Part shown: positions 1 through 8,933 of the stretch, in pieces
How the letters are laid out: each line of letters starts with the position of its first letter
Numbering within the stretch: position 1 is the first letter of the stretch
Assembly: GCA_012522755.1 (NCBI GenBank)
Contig: JAAYJV010000113.1
Location: forward strand, 14,517-78,516
Length of the DNA: 64,000 bases
Direction of reading: 5' to 3'
DNA from: Candidatus Hydrogenedens sp.
GTDB taxonomy: Bacteria > Hydrogenedentota > Hydrogenedentia > Hydrogenedentales > CAITNO01
Made by a program: the position numbers and the translations under genes
The notes under the pieces: generated by a model
Database searches by the model: none
Told to the model about the DNA's origin: nothing
Seen by the model: the letters and a program-made list of their open reading frames with translations, nothing else

Positions 1-44
1 TCAGTCATGACTCTTGTTTTTCTTGAGGCTCATACTCCGTAAAT

Positions 45-2222
45 TCACGAGTTGAGTTGAAGCTCTGCTTGCTTCTGGAGTTCTTTCAGTTCTTCATCGG
101 TCGGCATGAAGCGAAGGGCTTTATCACAAAGATTGACAACCCGCTCAAATTCGCCCCATTGCAGAAAGCGGCTTCCTTGAGCAAGCACAATAGTTTTCAA
201 ATAATAACGTGCATTCAAATTATTCGGATCCACCTCCAGGGAGGCGACAAAAGCATCGGCGGCTTTGTCGTCCAGCATGCTTCCGCCATAATATTCCTTC
301 AATGCGGGAAAATCGAGAAGCCGTGAGTTGTGCCGCTTTTCCAGACTTTCCCGCTCTTCCACAGTGATGCTCTCCGGAACGATCTGATCGAGAGGATTGC
401 TGATGAAGGGAAGGAGCGTATCCACGGCTTCAGGGACGCGACGGGCATAGACGAGCCGGGGAGCCATGAACTCCGCCCAGGGACGATCATCTCCCATGAT
501 CCGGGCACCGGCCGCATAACGATCCAATGCCTCTTTATCAAAGAGAAAACAGGACATGATTTCACTGAGATCGCCCAGCCCGGACTTTACCAATGCCTCA
601 GCCAGCACAGGATCTTGCAGCCGCTCCATCGCACGGGCATAGTGCATCTTCAAGGGTTCTTCGGCACCCAGGAGAAAAAGATCTGCATTGACGAAAAAGG
701 CGCAATATTCCGGGAAAGCCGCTATGAAAGTACTCACGAGGGAGCGCACCAGTTCGGGGTCATTGCTGTGCAAGGGTATCCACTGCGATACCATGCCGCC
801 TGGAGTCAGATGTTTTCTGCAGAGAGTGTAGTATTCTGAGGTGTAGAAGGTGGATACACCCGCCAAGGCCAGGGGCATGGGTTCAAAAGTGATGACATCG
901 TATTTTCTGTCCGTACGCAAAAGAAAATTACGACCATCGTCAATATGAAAAGATACAGCCGGATTGTAAAGAACGCCCAGATTGTCCTTATCGAAATAAG
1001 GGGCCACTGTCAACACTTCCGGCGAGATCTCCACGGCATCAATACGCTCAAAAGGGGAGAGGGCCAAAGTACCGCAGGTGATGCCGGAACCGAAGCACAT
1101 GAACAGCACCTGGTCGCATTCCTTTTCAAAGAGGAGGGGAAGAACCCCTTGCAAACGGTTCATCTTCACACCGCGCTCAATGGAGGTGGTCGCCTGAACC
1201 CTGTTGATCCAGAGAACCCGGTCTTCCCCTTCCAAAGCATCTGCAGGACCGCTCACTGCAACAGTACCTTCCGCTCCTTCTTTCATGTACAGGACTTGGT
1301 GATCCTGAGGCATATAGCCTTTGTTCAATGCCTGATTCACATCAGCGGGCAAGATGGTGAAAGTGGCTCCAAATGCCAGAAGAAGCACAAGAGCCATCAC
1401 GCCTTTGGATGTCGTTTTAACCGCTGGGGCACTCACAATCAAAAGCAGTGCCCCGACTATCAACAAAGATCCGAGAAGCAGCAGACTGCTCTGACTGCCC
1501 AATAGTGGCAGCAGGAAAAAACCGCCCGCAATGGCGCCCGCAACGCCGCCCAGAGTGTTGGAGCTGTTCATGAGGCCTACCAGACTCCCTACGGAAGAAC
1601 GCCATAATCCGCCCACACCGATGATGAGCGGGAAGGACACACCCAAAGCAAAGGTGAAGGGAAACAGGGTGAGGAAGGCCAGGAAGAAGGTAGCCCGCAA
1701 CGTTGCATCCCAGGCGAGCCCCGAACTGCGCTGCATTTCCATGAAACGATCGGGAAGGCCCGCCAGCCAGGGGAGACTCAAAAGCAGGCTGATAGCAGCC
1801 AGTCCGAGAATCACACCGGCAAGAGGAAAAGCGTTTTTCTTGTGCAGGCGACGCTGAAGCAGGGCCGCAAAGGCGCCGCCCAGACCGATGCCGCACAAAA
1901 AGGCTGTGAGCATTGTTGTGAAAGCATAAGTTGTCCCGAGAAAGACAATGGCAAGAAGGCGCGTATAAATCACTTCCGCCGCCAGACCGCAGAAACCGCA
2001 TAAGGCCGTTGCTCCGGCAAGAAGCCACAAAGGACCGCCAAAAGCCTGCTTATCAGTGCTCACCGCATGGGAGGTGACCCCGAAGAGAAGGGCGAGTTTT
2101 CTTGTCCAGACAACCTGATAAACCAGAGAGCAGGCACCTGACACAAAAAACAAAGACATCACCACCATGAGAACTGTGAGGGACAATTCTTTTTTAAGAG
2201 AAGATTCAGAGCTTTTCAACAA
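45..2222 (-). CDS. Fused membrane-domain / spermidine-synthase-like polyamine aminopropyltransferase with a C-terminal TPR-like region
   Basis: 725-aa ORF. The N-terminal ~220 aa are predicted multi-pass membrane, followed by an aminopropyltransferase-like core and a helical-repeat C-terminus. This architecture is common in PVC bacteria. The true start may be internal, near 2165. Confidence 0.6.
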   Translation of the reverse strand: MLKSSESSLKKELSLTVLMVVMSLFFVSGACSLVYQVVWTRKLALLFGVTSHAVSTDKQAFGGPLWLLAGATALCGFCGLAAEVIYTRLLAIVFLGTTYAFTTMLTAFLCGIGLGGAFAALLQRRLHKKNAFPLAGVILGLAAISLLLSLPWLAGLPDRFMEMQRSSGLAWDATLRATFFLAFLTLFPFTFALGVSFPLIIGVGGLWRSSVGSLVGLMNSSNTLGGVAGAIAGGFFLLPLLGSQSSLLLLGSLLIVGALLLIVSAPAVKTTSKGVMALVLLLAFGATFTILPADVNQALNKGYMPQDHQVLYMKEGAEGTVAVSGPADALEGEDRVLWINRVQATTSIERGVKMNRLQGVLPLLFEKECDQVLFMCFGSGITCGTLALSPFERIDAVEISPEVLTVAPYFDKDNLGVLYNPAVSFHIDDGRNFLLRTDRKYDVITFEPMPLALAGVSTFYTSEYYTLCRKHLTPGGMVSQWIPLHSNDPELVRSLVSTFIAAFPEYCAFFVNADLFLLGAEEPLKMHYARAMERLQDPVLAEALVKSGLGDLSEIMSCFLFDKEALDRYAAGARIMGDDRPWAEFMAPRLVYARRVPEAVDTLLPFISNPLDQIVPESITVEERESLEKRHNSRLLDFPALKEYYGGSMLDDKAADAFVASLEVDPNNLNARYYLKTIVLAQGSRFLQWGEFERVVNLCDKALRFMPTDEELKELQKQAELQLNS

Positions 2223-2344
2223 TTTACTCCTGAATGGGGGCTTTTGCGGGTCTTCCCAGGCGCCCGGGCCTGTGGGGAAAAGACAGCGACGCTCACGTCG
2301 CTTAGTATGGCAAGATCAACGCCATGCCTTCAAATACCCTTGAC

Positions 2345-2920
2345 TCAAAACCACCGGTCATGAGCCGGGCCCGGTGCATAATTATTCAGACAGGCCATCA
2401 CTTCCTGAGGCGTATCACATATGGTATAAAAGCGACGTTGGGAAGCGGGAGAAAAAGCGGCTTTCTCCAGATCATCAAAGAAGCGGAAGAGGGAAGCATA
2501 GATATTTCCCGTGTTCAGAAAAATACAGGCTTTCTCGTGGTACCACAGCTGTTTCAGAACCAGGACCTCAATGATTTCCTCCAGAGTGCCCAGCCCTCCC
2601 GGCAAGGCGACAAAGGCATCAGCTTTTTCAGCCATGATCTGTTTGCGCTCACTCATGGTGGAAGTGACAATCAGCTCATCCGCTTCTTTATAGGCCAGTT
2701 CCAGATCCACCAGTTTATCGGTAATGACCCCTGTCACCTTCCCGCCATGGGCATGAACGGCTCGGGCACATTCGCCCATGAGCCCCACACTGCCACCGCC
2801 ATAGACCACTGTTTTATTGTTTTGTGCCAGAAGCTTGCCCAGCTCGGCTGCGGCCTCTTTATAAATGGGATCGATGGTATTGCTGCTCGATGCATATACG
2901 CACACGCGTTCTATAGTCAT
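2345..2920 (-). CDS. LOG family protein (cytokinin riboside 5'-monophosphate phosphoribohydrolase-like)
   Basis: Translation from the internal ATG at 2918-2920 gives MTIERVCVYASSS...GGGSVGLMG...PGGLGTLEE, a typical LOG/TIGR00730 pattern. The upstream part of the six-frame ORF (to 3157) runs into the repeat element and is unlikely to be coding. Confidence 0.8.
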   Translation of the reverse strand: MTIERVCVYASSSNTIDPIYKEAAAELGKLLAQNNKTVVYGGGSVGLMGECARAVHAHGGKVTGVITDKLVDLELAYKEADELIVTSTMSERKQIMAEKADAFVALPGGLGTLEEIIEVLVLKQLWYHEKACIFLNTGNIYASLFRFFDDLEKAAFSPASQRRFYTICDTPQEVMACLNNYAPGPAHDRWF

Positions 2921-3067
2921 AAAATTACTGTCCTGTCGTTTCTTTCTGGATAAAGAATCCATTATACACAGTGCGCCATAGCCACAACCAAATGAAGCTT
3001 TTTGTTTAACTGCAATGGGTTCGATGAACTGGTGCAAACACAACGACCCTTGGAACCACTGATGCTC

Positions 3068-3765
3068 CCTGATAAACACTGACAAATTAAAAGCCTTGGG
3101 TCGCGCTGCCTGGGAACGCCAATTTCCACCTTGGCAGGACACCCGGGAAAAGACCATGACTTATATATGCATTTGACGGGAGAGCAAAGACTCAGGGTTT
3201 TCAAAGGCTTTTATTTTATTCTTGGTTAGCAAAAGACCTGTTACCGCATCACTGTTTACAAAATGTCAATGTATTGATCCGCTGTCTGCCAATGTGGAAA
3301 TTGGCGTTCCCAGGAGTGACTCTCAAGGTCTTTCAGGGTTTCCCGAAGCACTATTTGTTCGTGATTGTCGGAAGACACTTTTCCGAATCGAGGATCCACA
3401 ACATCTTGAAAGTATATGACTTGCAGAGTCAGGAATATGAACTTCTTCGAAAGAATAATGGAAGTTGACGGGTAGTAACACAGAGGACCACCGAGAAATC
3501 AAATAACTATTTAACCACGATGTCACGAAGGAATTTGAGAGAAAGACTTCGTCCTTACTGGAGACTATTGATTGCCGAAGGTCTCTGACCTGTCCCAAAA
3601 CCAACTTGTGCCCCTCGCAGATCCGTCCGATCCGACCGACTCCCCAGAGGCCACTAATCTCTTCAAATCTCTTATATCTCCAGACCTCAACTCCCGCCGC
3701 CGTCATACCGGTATTTTTGCGACCCGGCCCGCCCATCAAAGCTTTCAGCCACAACAACGCAAAAA
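3068..3765. repeat. Composite intergenic repeat locus A (inverted 30-bp hairpin repeats, conserved 100-nt module, 9-mer VNTR)
   Basis: Shares long stretches (about 80-95% identity by eye) with 54505-55425, and partly with 7110-7600 and 31905-32712. Hairpin cores sit at 3115-3140 (reverse orientation) and 3276-3301 (forward). The tandem GATCCGNCC units are at 3629-3650. Confidence 0.7.
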
Positions 3766-3841
3766 ATGACCGGTATCCAGATTGGGAGACTTTAAGGAGA
3801 ATGACTACCGTATTCAGTTGACCTCCGACCTCTTCCCATGT

Positions 3842-4402
3842 CTACAGAGAAAAAACCACTCCTTCCAATTCCAGAAGCTTGATTTTTTTCTCAAGTCCTC
3901 CAGCATAGCCTGTCAAGCTACCCGTGGAACCCACTACGCGATGGCAGGGGATGATAATTGAAATAGGGTTGTGACCCACAGCACCACCTATGGCCCGGGC
4001 TGGAACACGCTCTCTATCCAAAAGGACGGCCATTTTTTCGCCGAGCCTCCCGTAAGTGGTTGTTTCTCCATAGGGAATTTCACAAAGCAGTTTCCATACG
4101 TTCTGACGGAATTCACTGCCTTGAGGCGCCAGAGATAATGCCGCAAGATCAGGTTTCTCTCCCGCAAAATAACGGTTCAGCCAATTTTTTACCAAGGCAA
4201 AGACTTTCAACTCATCTTTTTCAATGATGTCGCCTTTGATGGTGCTGCCAAAGTACTTCTGATCTTCCATCCACAAGCCTGTCAGATTCTCGCCGTCACT
4301 TGCCAGAGTCAGCCAGCCGATGGGTGAGCTGTATAAGGAAGAATAAAGCACGGTTCGTCTCCTCAATCGCTTAGAGTGAATTCCACAGATTGATGCATGC
4401 AT
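3842..4402 (-). CDS. ogt: Methylated-DNA--protein-cysteine methyltransferase
   Basis: C-terminal IIPCHRVVGSTGSLTGYAGG contains the PCHRV active-site motif of MGMT/Ogt. The start is taken at the ATG (reverse complement at 4400-4402), which overlaps the alkA stop by about 30 nt. Confidence 0.8.
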   Translation of the reverse strand: MHASICGIHSKRLRRRTVLYSSLYSSPIGWLTLASDGENLTGLWMEDQKYFGSTIKGDIIEKDELKVFALVKNWLNRYFAGEKPDLAALSLAPQGSEFRQNVWKLLCEIPYGETTTYGRLGEKMAVLLDRERVPARAIGGAVGHNPISIIIPCHRVVGSTGSLTGYAGGLEKKIKLLELEGVVFSL

Positions 4403-5276
4403 AACTCCGCCAGGGACGCCACGCCTCGGCCAATTGCAATATTTCTTTTGTTGAACGGGGCGCCAAAGCCTTCTTGATGCCTGCATCTGTTTCAAGAAAA
4501 GCATCACGCCATCCAAAGGCACGCATGGCAATGTAATGGGCCGTCCACTTGCCTATGCCGGGGATAGCAAGCAGTTTCTCGATTACTTCTTCGGGATCGA
4601 CTGAGGCACCGCATTCAATGCTATTTTCGTGAAAAGTCCGCGCCAGTTCAAATATCGTTCTGGCCCGTCTGGAAATAATACCCAGAGGCCCCAGATGGTC
4701 TTCTACAGGACCCTTCAAAGCAAGTATGTCCTCCGGCAATGGAAAAGTGTGGGTCAAACCGGGAATTTCTTCATGCACAGGTCGGCCGTAAGCCTGTACC
4801 AACCTTCCCGCAATGGTATGGGCGGCCTTGACCGTAATTTGCTGACCCAGAACAGCACGGACACTCATTTCAAAGGCATTGAAACAGCCGGGCAGACGTG
4901 TTCCCGAAACACTCAGATATGGACGGATCCTGTTCATGGAAAGAAGCGCTTCAAATATCTTTTCCGGATCACAATCCAGATCAAAGGCTCGCCGTACTTT
5001 TGTCGAGATCTGAGGTGCCAGAGAGCTCAGTTCTCCGCTGAGAGTAAGGTACAAAGCCTTTTCCTCAGGGAGATGGCCCACACGAATCCAGCCGTTGACA
5101 GAGCCTTTCTCTGTACATGGAAGCTTGACACTGCGCATGTATGTTTCATCGACAATCGCTTCCACCCCGGCAATGGTGCGGGCCGCCAGAAAACGAAGCA
5201 TCGCTTCATAACGGTAAGGCGGCCGATATGGGAGACAGAAGGTGCATTCTTTGGCTTTTATTTTTTGTTCCGTCAT
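4371..5276 (-). CDS. alkA: DNA-3-methyladenine glycosylase II (AlkA-like, HhH-GPD superfamily)
   Basis: N-terminal LPYRPPYRYEAMLRFLAARTI matches the AlkA N-terminal domain, followed by an HhH-GPD region (GIGKWTAHYIAMRAFGWRDAF). It sits immediately upstream of ogt, as in adaptive-response operons. The start is taken at MTEQKIKAKE. Confidence 0.75.
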   Translation of the reverse strand: MTEQKIKAKECTFCLPYRPPYRYEAMLRFLAARTIAGVEAIVDETYMRSVKLPCTEKGSVNGWIRVGHLPEEKALYLTLSGELSSLAPQISTKVRRAFDLDCDPEKIFEALLSMNRIRPYLSVSGTRLPGCFNAFEMSVRAVLGQQITVKAAHTIAGRLVQAYGRPVHEEIPGLTHTFPLPEDILALKGPVEDHLGPLGIISRRARTIFELARTFHENSIECGASVDPEEVIEKLLAIPGIGKWTAHYIAMRAFGWRDAFLETDAGIKKALAPRSTKEILQLAEAWRPWRSYACINLWNSL

Positions 5277-5374
5277 TATTTTTCCGAAGACATTCTGGTC
5301 GAATGGAAAAGTAAAATGTGGACACAGAAAGGGTCTGAAGTCTTGACACCTCCACTCTGTCCACTGATTTCCCT

Positions 5375-6565
5375 TTAAAGGGTACTCCATTTTCTTTTCA
5401 AGAGCGCCACTGCTTCCACATGGGGTGTATGAGGAAACATGTCCACCGCTGTCACTTCCTGAACTGTCCAGGAATCTGTTTTACATAGAATTTTCAGGTC
5501 CCGGGCGAGTGTGGCCGGATCGCAGGATACATAGACAATACGCTCGGCCCGGCTGTCTCTGAGAGCGTCAACAATGGGGAGCGCTCCCACCCGTGGAGGA
5601 TCAAGAAGAATCACATCCCAGGAATTCAGCTGAAGCACGTATTTCATGTCATTTTCGTTGCCTCGCCGATAAGAATGGGGAGCAATCTCTTTAGCCGCAT
5701 CAATGGCCTGTCTGCTCTGATCCAGTCCCAGCACTTTCCTGTGATCTCGATGATGCAGACTGAAATTTCCACTGCCACAGTAGAGATCGAGCAAACTTTG
5801 GGCATCACCGATGGAAGCATCCACTTTATCTTTGAGGAGTCGGTTTAAAATCAGACTGGCTTGCGAAAAACAACCGTTGACGATGGGTACACCGTCAAAA
5901 GGAAAACTGTGCCGCTTTGGGTCACTCTTCAGGTTCAGGGTTGGGAAATGGGCCCGCATTTTTGCGTTACCCTCATTGAGAAAGATCAACACTTCGTCAT
6001 TTTCCGGATTTACGGTAACCTGCACATTCCCCTGATGGGAAAATTGTTGCAACTCGGCCAGTGCAGCTGAGAGACGTGGATGGTTGGAAGGACAGGATCC
6101 GGCCTCGATGATTTCATGGCTCCGTCGGAGATAATAGCCCAGTTTTTTGCCATCACCGTGGAAGTTTGCCCGGGTTCTGTAGCCTTGCCGCTGCTCAGGC
6201 TGTTCCAGCCAGTTCACAGTGATGTCGATACCGCCAATGCGTTTTACTGCATCGGAGAGAATACGACATTTCCATTCAGCCTGATAGGGGTAGGCGAACT
6301 CATGCCACAGACAGGAGGAAGTGCAGGGCAGGGGAGATGAGGCATGCTCTTCAGTTCGGGCTGGTCCCGGAGTAATCAGTTTTTCCATGACCGACCAGGC
6401 GGCTTTCTTTCCTGTGCGGGTCAACCTGGCAAGCACTTTATCACCGGGAAAAGCACCTGTCACAAAAACAACCAGGCCAAAGACACGGCCAATCCCATCG
6501 CCGCCATGGGCAACGCTGTCAACAGTGACTTCTACCAGAGCACCGGGCTGTAATTCGTTGATCAT
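5375..6565 (-). CDS. rlmD: Class I SAM-dependent RNA methyltransferase with TRAM domain (23S rRNA m5U methyltransferase RlmD/RumA family)
   Basis: N-terminal TRAM-like beta barrel (GALVEVTVDSVAHGGDGIGR), a Cys cluster, and a C-terminal methyltransferase fold ending VDMFPHTPHVE, which is the characteristic RumA C-terminus. Confidence 0.8.
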   Translation of the reverse strand: MINELQPGALVEVTVDSVAHGGDGIGRVFGLVVFVTGAFPGDKVLARLTRTGKKAAWSVMEKLITPGPARTEEHASSPLPCTSSCLWHEFAYPYQAEWKCRILSDAVKRIGGIDITVNWLEQPEQRQGYRTRANFHGDGKKLGYYLRRSHEIIEAGSCPSNHPRLSAALAELQQFSHQGNVQVTVNPENDEVLIFLNEGNAKMRAHFPTLNLKSDPKRHSFPFDGVPIVNGCFSQASLILNRLLKDKVDASIGDAQSLLDLYCGSGNFSLHHRDHRKVLGLDQSRQAIDAAKEIAPHSYRRGNENDMKYVLQLNSWDVILLDPPRVGALPIVDALRDSRAERIVYVSCDPATLARDLKILCKTDSWTVQEVTAVDMFPHTPHVEAVALLKRKWSTL

Positions 6566-6587
6566 AAAAGAAATTCCAAGAGGTGAA

Positions 6588-6630
6588 AAGAAAAAGCCCC
6601 GAGCCGGATTCAGACCGATTCGGGGCGGAA
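6588..6630 (-). terminator. Rho-independent terminator downstream of rpmB
   Basis: On the minus strand the stem GCCCCGAATCGG...CCGGCTCGGGGC is followed by TTTTTCTTTTC. Confidence 0.6.
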
Positions 6631-6645
6631 AAAGATCGGGATCAC

Positions 6646-6918
6646 TTATTTTTCAACAGAAGCTTTCCAGGCCGCATGAGCGCCACGAGGAGCCTTGACA
6701 AATTTGCCGGCTTTGATATATTTGGCGCAAACTTTGATGCGACGGACAGCACCGTTTTCATCAATTACACGGATCGTTTGAAGATTGGGGTTCCACCGGC
6801 GCTTGGTCAGGCCGGTAATATTCTGACCGATACCGCCTTCACGTTTGGCTTTACCACGACGAACAACACGGTTGCCAACCCGGGGGCGCTTACCGCTATA
6901 TTGACATACTCTGGCCAT
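6646..6918 (-). CDS. rpmB: 50S ribosomal protein L28
   Basis: MARVCQYSGKRP...KRRWNPNLQ matches the L28 consensus (MSRVCQVTGKRP...ATKRRFLPNL). 90 aa. Confidence 0.85.
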   Translation of the reverse strand: MARVCQYSGKRPRVGNRVVRRGKAKREGGIGQNITGLTKRRWNPNLQTIRVIDENGAVRRIKVCAKYIKAGKFVKAPRGAHAAWKASVEK

Positions 6919-7109
6919 GATTATCTCCTTGCGAAAACAGAAACAACTGCATTGGGCAGCATTATAGAGGGGTTATTTGAAGATGACAGTTGAATTTTAG
7001 CATAACGGTGAAAGAAATGCAAATTTGTGCAGAAATGCGGAGCAGGATAGGGGTAAGGGAAAGGAGATCAAGAGAATAAAAGAGCAGAATTTTTAACCAC
7101 GAAGGCACA

Positions 7110-7750
7110 CTGATAAATTACAGACCTCGGGTCGGGCGGCCTGGGAACGCCAATTTCCACATTGGCTGACAGCGTATGATGACTCGAGGAGCATATTGTC
7201 TTGGATGCGGCATGACAGCTCTTTTCTGACTACCTCTTTCTTTATGTCCCAAGTCTTCGCGTCGCGCCAAGGTTCTACATCAACTCTCTGTCTTTGCCGC
7301 GATGTGTGCCAATGGGGACATTGGCGCTCCCACGTCATACAACTTTAGGCCGGAAAGTTCTCAAGGTCACAGCATTATCCACAGAATACACAATATGCAA
7401 TTCTATTTCTTGGGAGAACGAAAAGGCGGAAAAAACGATATTACGACTGGGTATGTTTGGAGACACATAAGATATTTGAAAACATCGGTAGTCTCTGGGG
7501 GCTCGGACGGATCGGTCGGATCGGTCGGATCTGCGAGGGGCGAGGGACGGGGGTCGAGGTCGGAGGGTTTATGGTGAATCAGTGGACAGAGTGGACCACG
7601 TGAACGTGTTAAGCCTGGCAGTCTTTTTCATGCCGTCTGAATTTTTTCCGTGTGTTCCGTGAATTCCGTTGTTAAAAAAGAAAGGCTGATTTGGTTGTTG
7701 CTATGCTGGACTGTTTGTTCCGTGAATTCCGTGGTTAAAAGAAATAACTA
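7110..7750. repeat. Composite intergenic repeat locus B (reverse-complement homolog of locus C, plus a pair of 25-nt direct repeats)
   Basis: 7130-7340 is the reverse complement of 32285-32490, and 7340-7590 is the reverse complement of about 32060-32290. Hairpin cores are at 7138-7166 and 7306-7335. A (GATCGGTCG)n tract lies at 7505-7545. Direct repeats gttccgtgaattccgtKgttaaaa are at 7657-7680 and 7716-7739. Confidence 0.7.
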
Positions 7751-7864
7751 TACTGTCCACCGCACTTCTTTCAATCCTTTGGTTTTCACGAGGAATGATG
7801 CTATTATTGATGCTTCGGGAACGGTTCAGGCGTGTCCCGCTTTCAACCATAAGGAGATCAATAC

Positions 7865-8863
7865 ATGCAGTTTAAAACACTGGGAAATTCCGGCATAAAT
7901 GCTTCTGTCATCGCCATCGGCACCTGGGTCACGGGCGGCGGTGAAAGTTGGGGTGGCGTGGACGATACAGAGTCGATCCGGGCTATTGATGCCGCTTTGG
8001 ACCGAGGCATCAACTTCATCGACACAGCCGCTTCTTATGGCTGGGGGCATGCGGAAGAAGTGCTCGGCAAGGCGCTTAAGGACAAACGGGACCAGGTCAT
8101 TCTGGCGACGAAATGCGGTATCTGGTGGCAAGATGCCCGAGGCTCTTTCCATTACCATTTAGATGGAAAAGACACCTATATCAGCTTGCGTCCCGACACA
8201 ATACAGATCGAAGTGGAGAACAGCCTGCGCCGCCTGCAAACTGATTATATTGATTTATATCAGGTCCACTGGCCGGCTAAAGAACCTGAAAACACACCCA
8301 TTGCAGAGACCATGGCCTGTCTGCTGAAACTGAAAGAAGAAGGCAAAATCCGGTCTATAGGCGTTTCCAACGTGTCGCTGGACGAACTGGAAAGCTATTG
8401 CGGTTGCGGTGATATCGCTTCTGATCAGTTCCGGTACAGCATGCTTTATCGTGAACCGGAAGAAAATATTCTGCCTTATTGCGAAAAGAATGGCCTTTCA
8501 ACACTCACCTACATGTCTCTGGAACAGGGGTTATTGACGGGTAAGGTGGGAATGGACCGTTCTTTCAAAGAAGGTGAATTCCGGACCAACACAGACTGGA
8601 ATCCCTGGTTCAAACTTGAAAACCGTCCGAAAGTGCTGGCAATGCTCGAAGGCTGGACTGATCTTACTGCGAAATATGAATGCACTCTGGCCCAGCTCGT
8701 CATCGCCTGGACATTGGCTCAGCCGGGCGTGACCCATATCTTGTGTGGCATGCGTACGGTAGCCCAGGCCGAAGACAACAGTGGTGCAGGCAATATCCAG
8801 TTGGATCCCGCCGATGTGGCGCGTATCCGCCAGGATGCTCTCGCACTGGGCGACCCGCAGTGA
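7865..8863 (+). CDS. Aldo/keto reductase
   Basis: MQFKTLGNSGINASVIAIGTW...DTAASYG...: AKR signature throughout. 332 aa. Confidence 0.85.
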   Translation: MQFKTLGNSGINASVIAIGTWVTGGGESWGGVDDTESIRAIDAALDRGINFIDTAASYGWGHAEEVLGKALKDKRDQVILATKCGIWWQDARGSFHYHLDGKDTYISLRPDTIQIEVENSLRRLQTDYIDLYQVHWPAKEPENTPIAETMACLLKLKEEGKIRSIGVSNVSLDELESYCGCGDIASDQFRYSMLYREPEENILPYCEKNGLSTLTYMSLEQGLLTGKVGMDRSFKEGEFRTNTDWNPWFKLENRPKVLAMLEGWTDLTAKYECTLAQLVIAWTLAQPGVTHILCGMRTVAQAEDNSGAGNIQLDPADVARIRQDALALGDPQ

Positions 8864-8933
8864 TGGAAAGTGTAACCGAGACCCCTGCATGCGGTGTTAA
8901 CCCTGAGCGCCGCTCCGGAACTGAGTTGTATCC

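Noticed and set aside
2921-3157. N-terminal 79-aa extension of the LOG ORF (ORF track 2345..3157)
   Set aside because: The extension runs into the repeat element (the same peptide-like string appears at 7093..7338 in another repeat copy). A good internal ATG at 2918-2920 gives the canonical LOG N-terminus.
3222-3419. Three paralogous 60-65-aa ORFs (3222..3419, 54645..54833, 55034..55222) with similar translations (…LSANVEIGVPRSDSQ…LFVRDCRKT…)
   Set aside because: They lie entirely within the dispersed repeat element. Differences between copies are not biased to third codon positions, there is no RBS, and the starts differ between copies. The similarity reflects nucleotide-level repeat conservation, not a protein family.
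7480-7745. Possible CRISPR array (short direct repeats near 7505-7545 and 7652-7743)
   Set aside because: There are only 2-3 repeat units, either contiguous 9-mers or a single pair of 24-mers. There are no regularly spaced unique spacers and no cas genes in the window.
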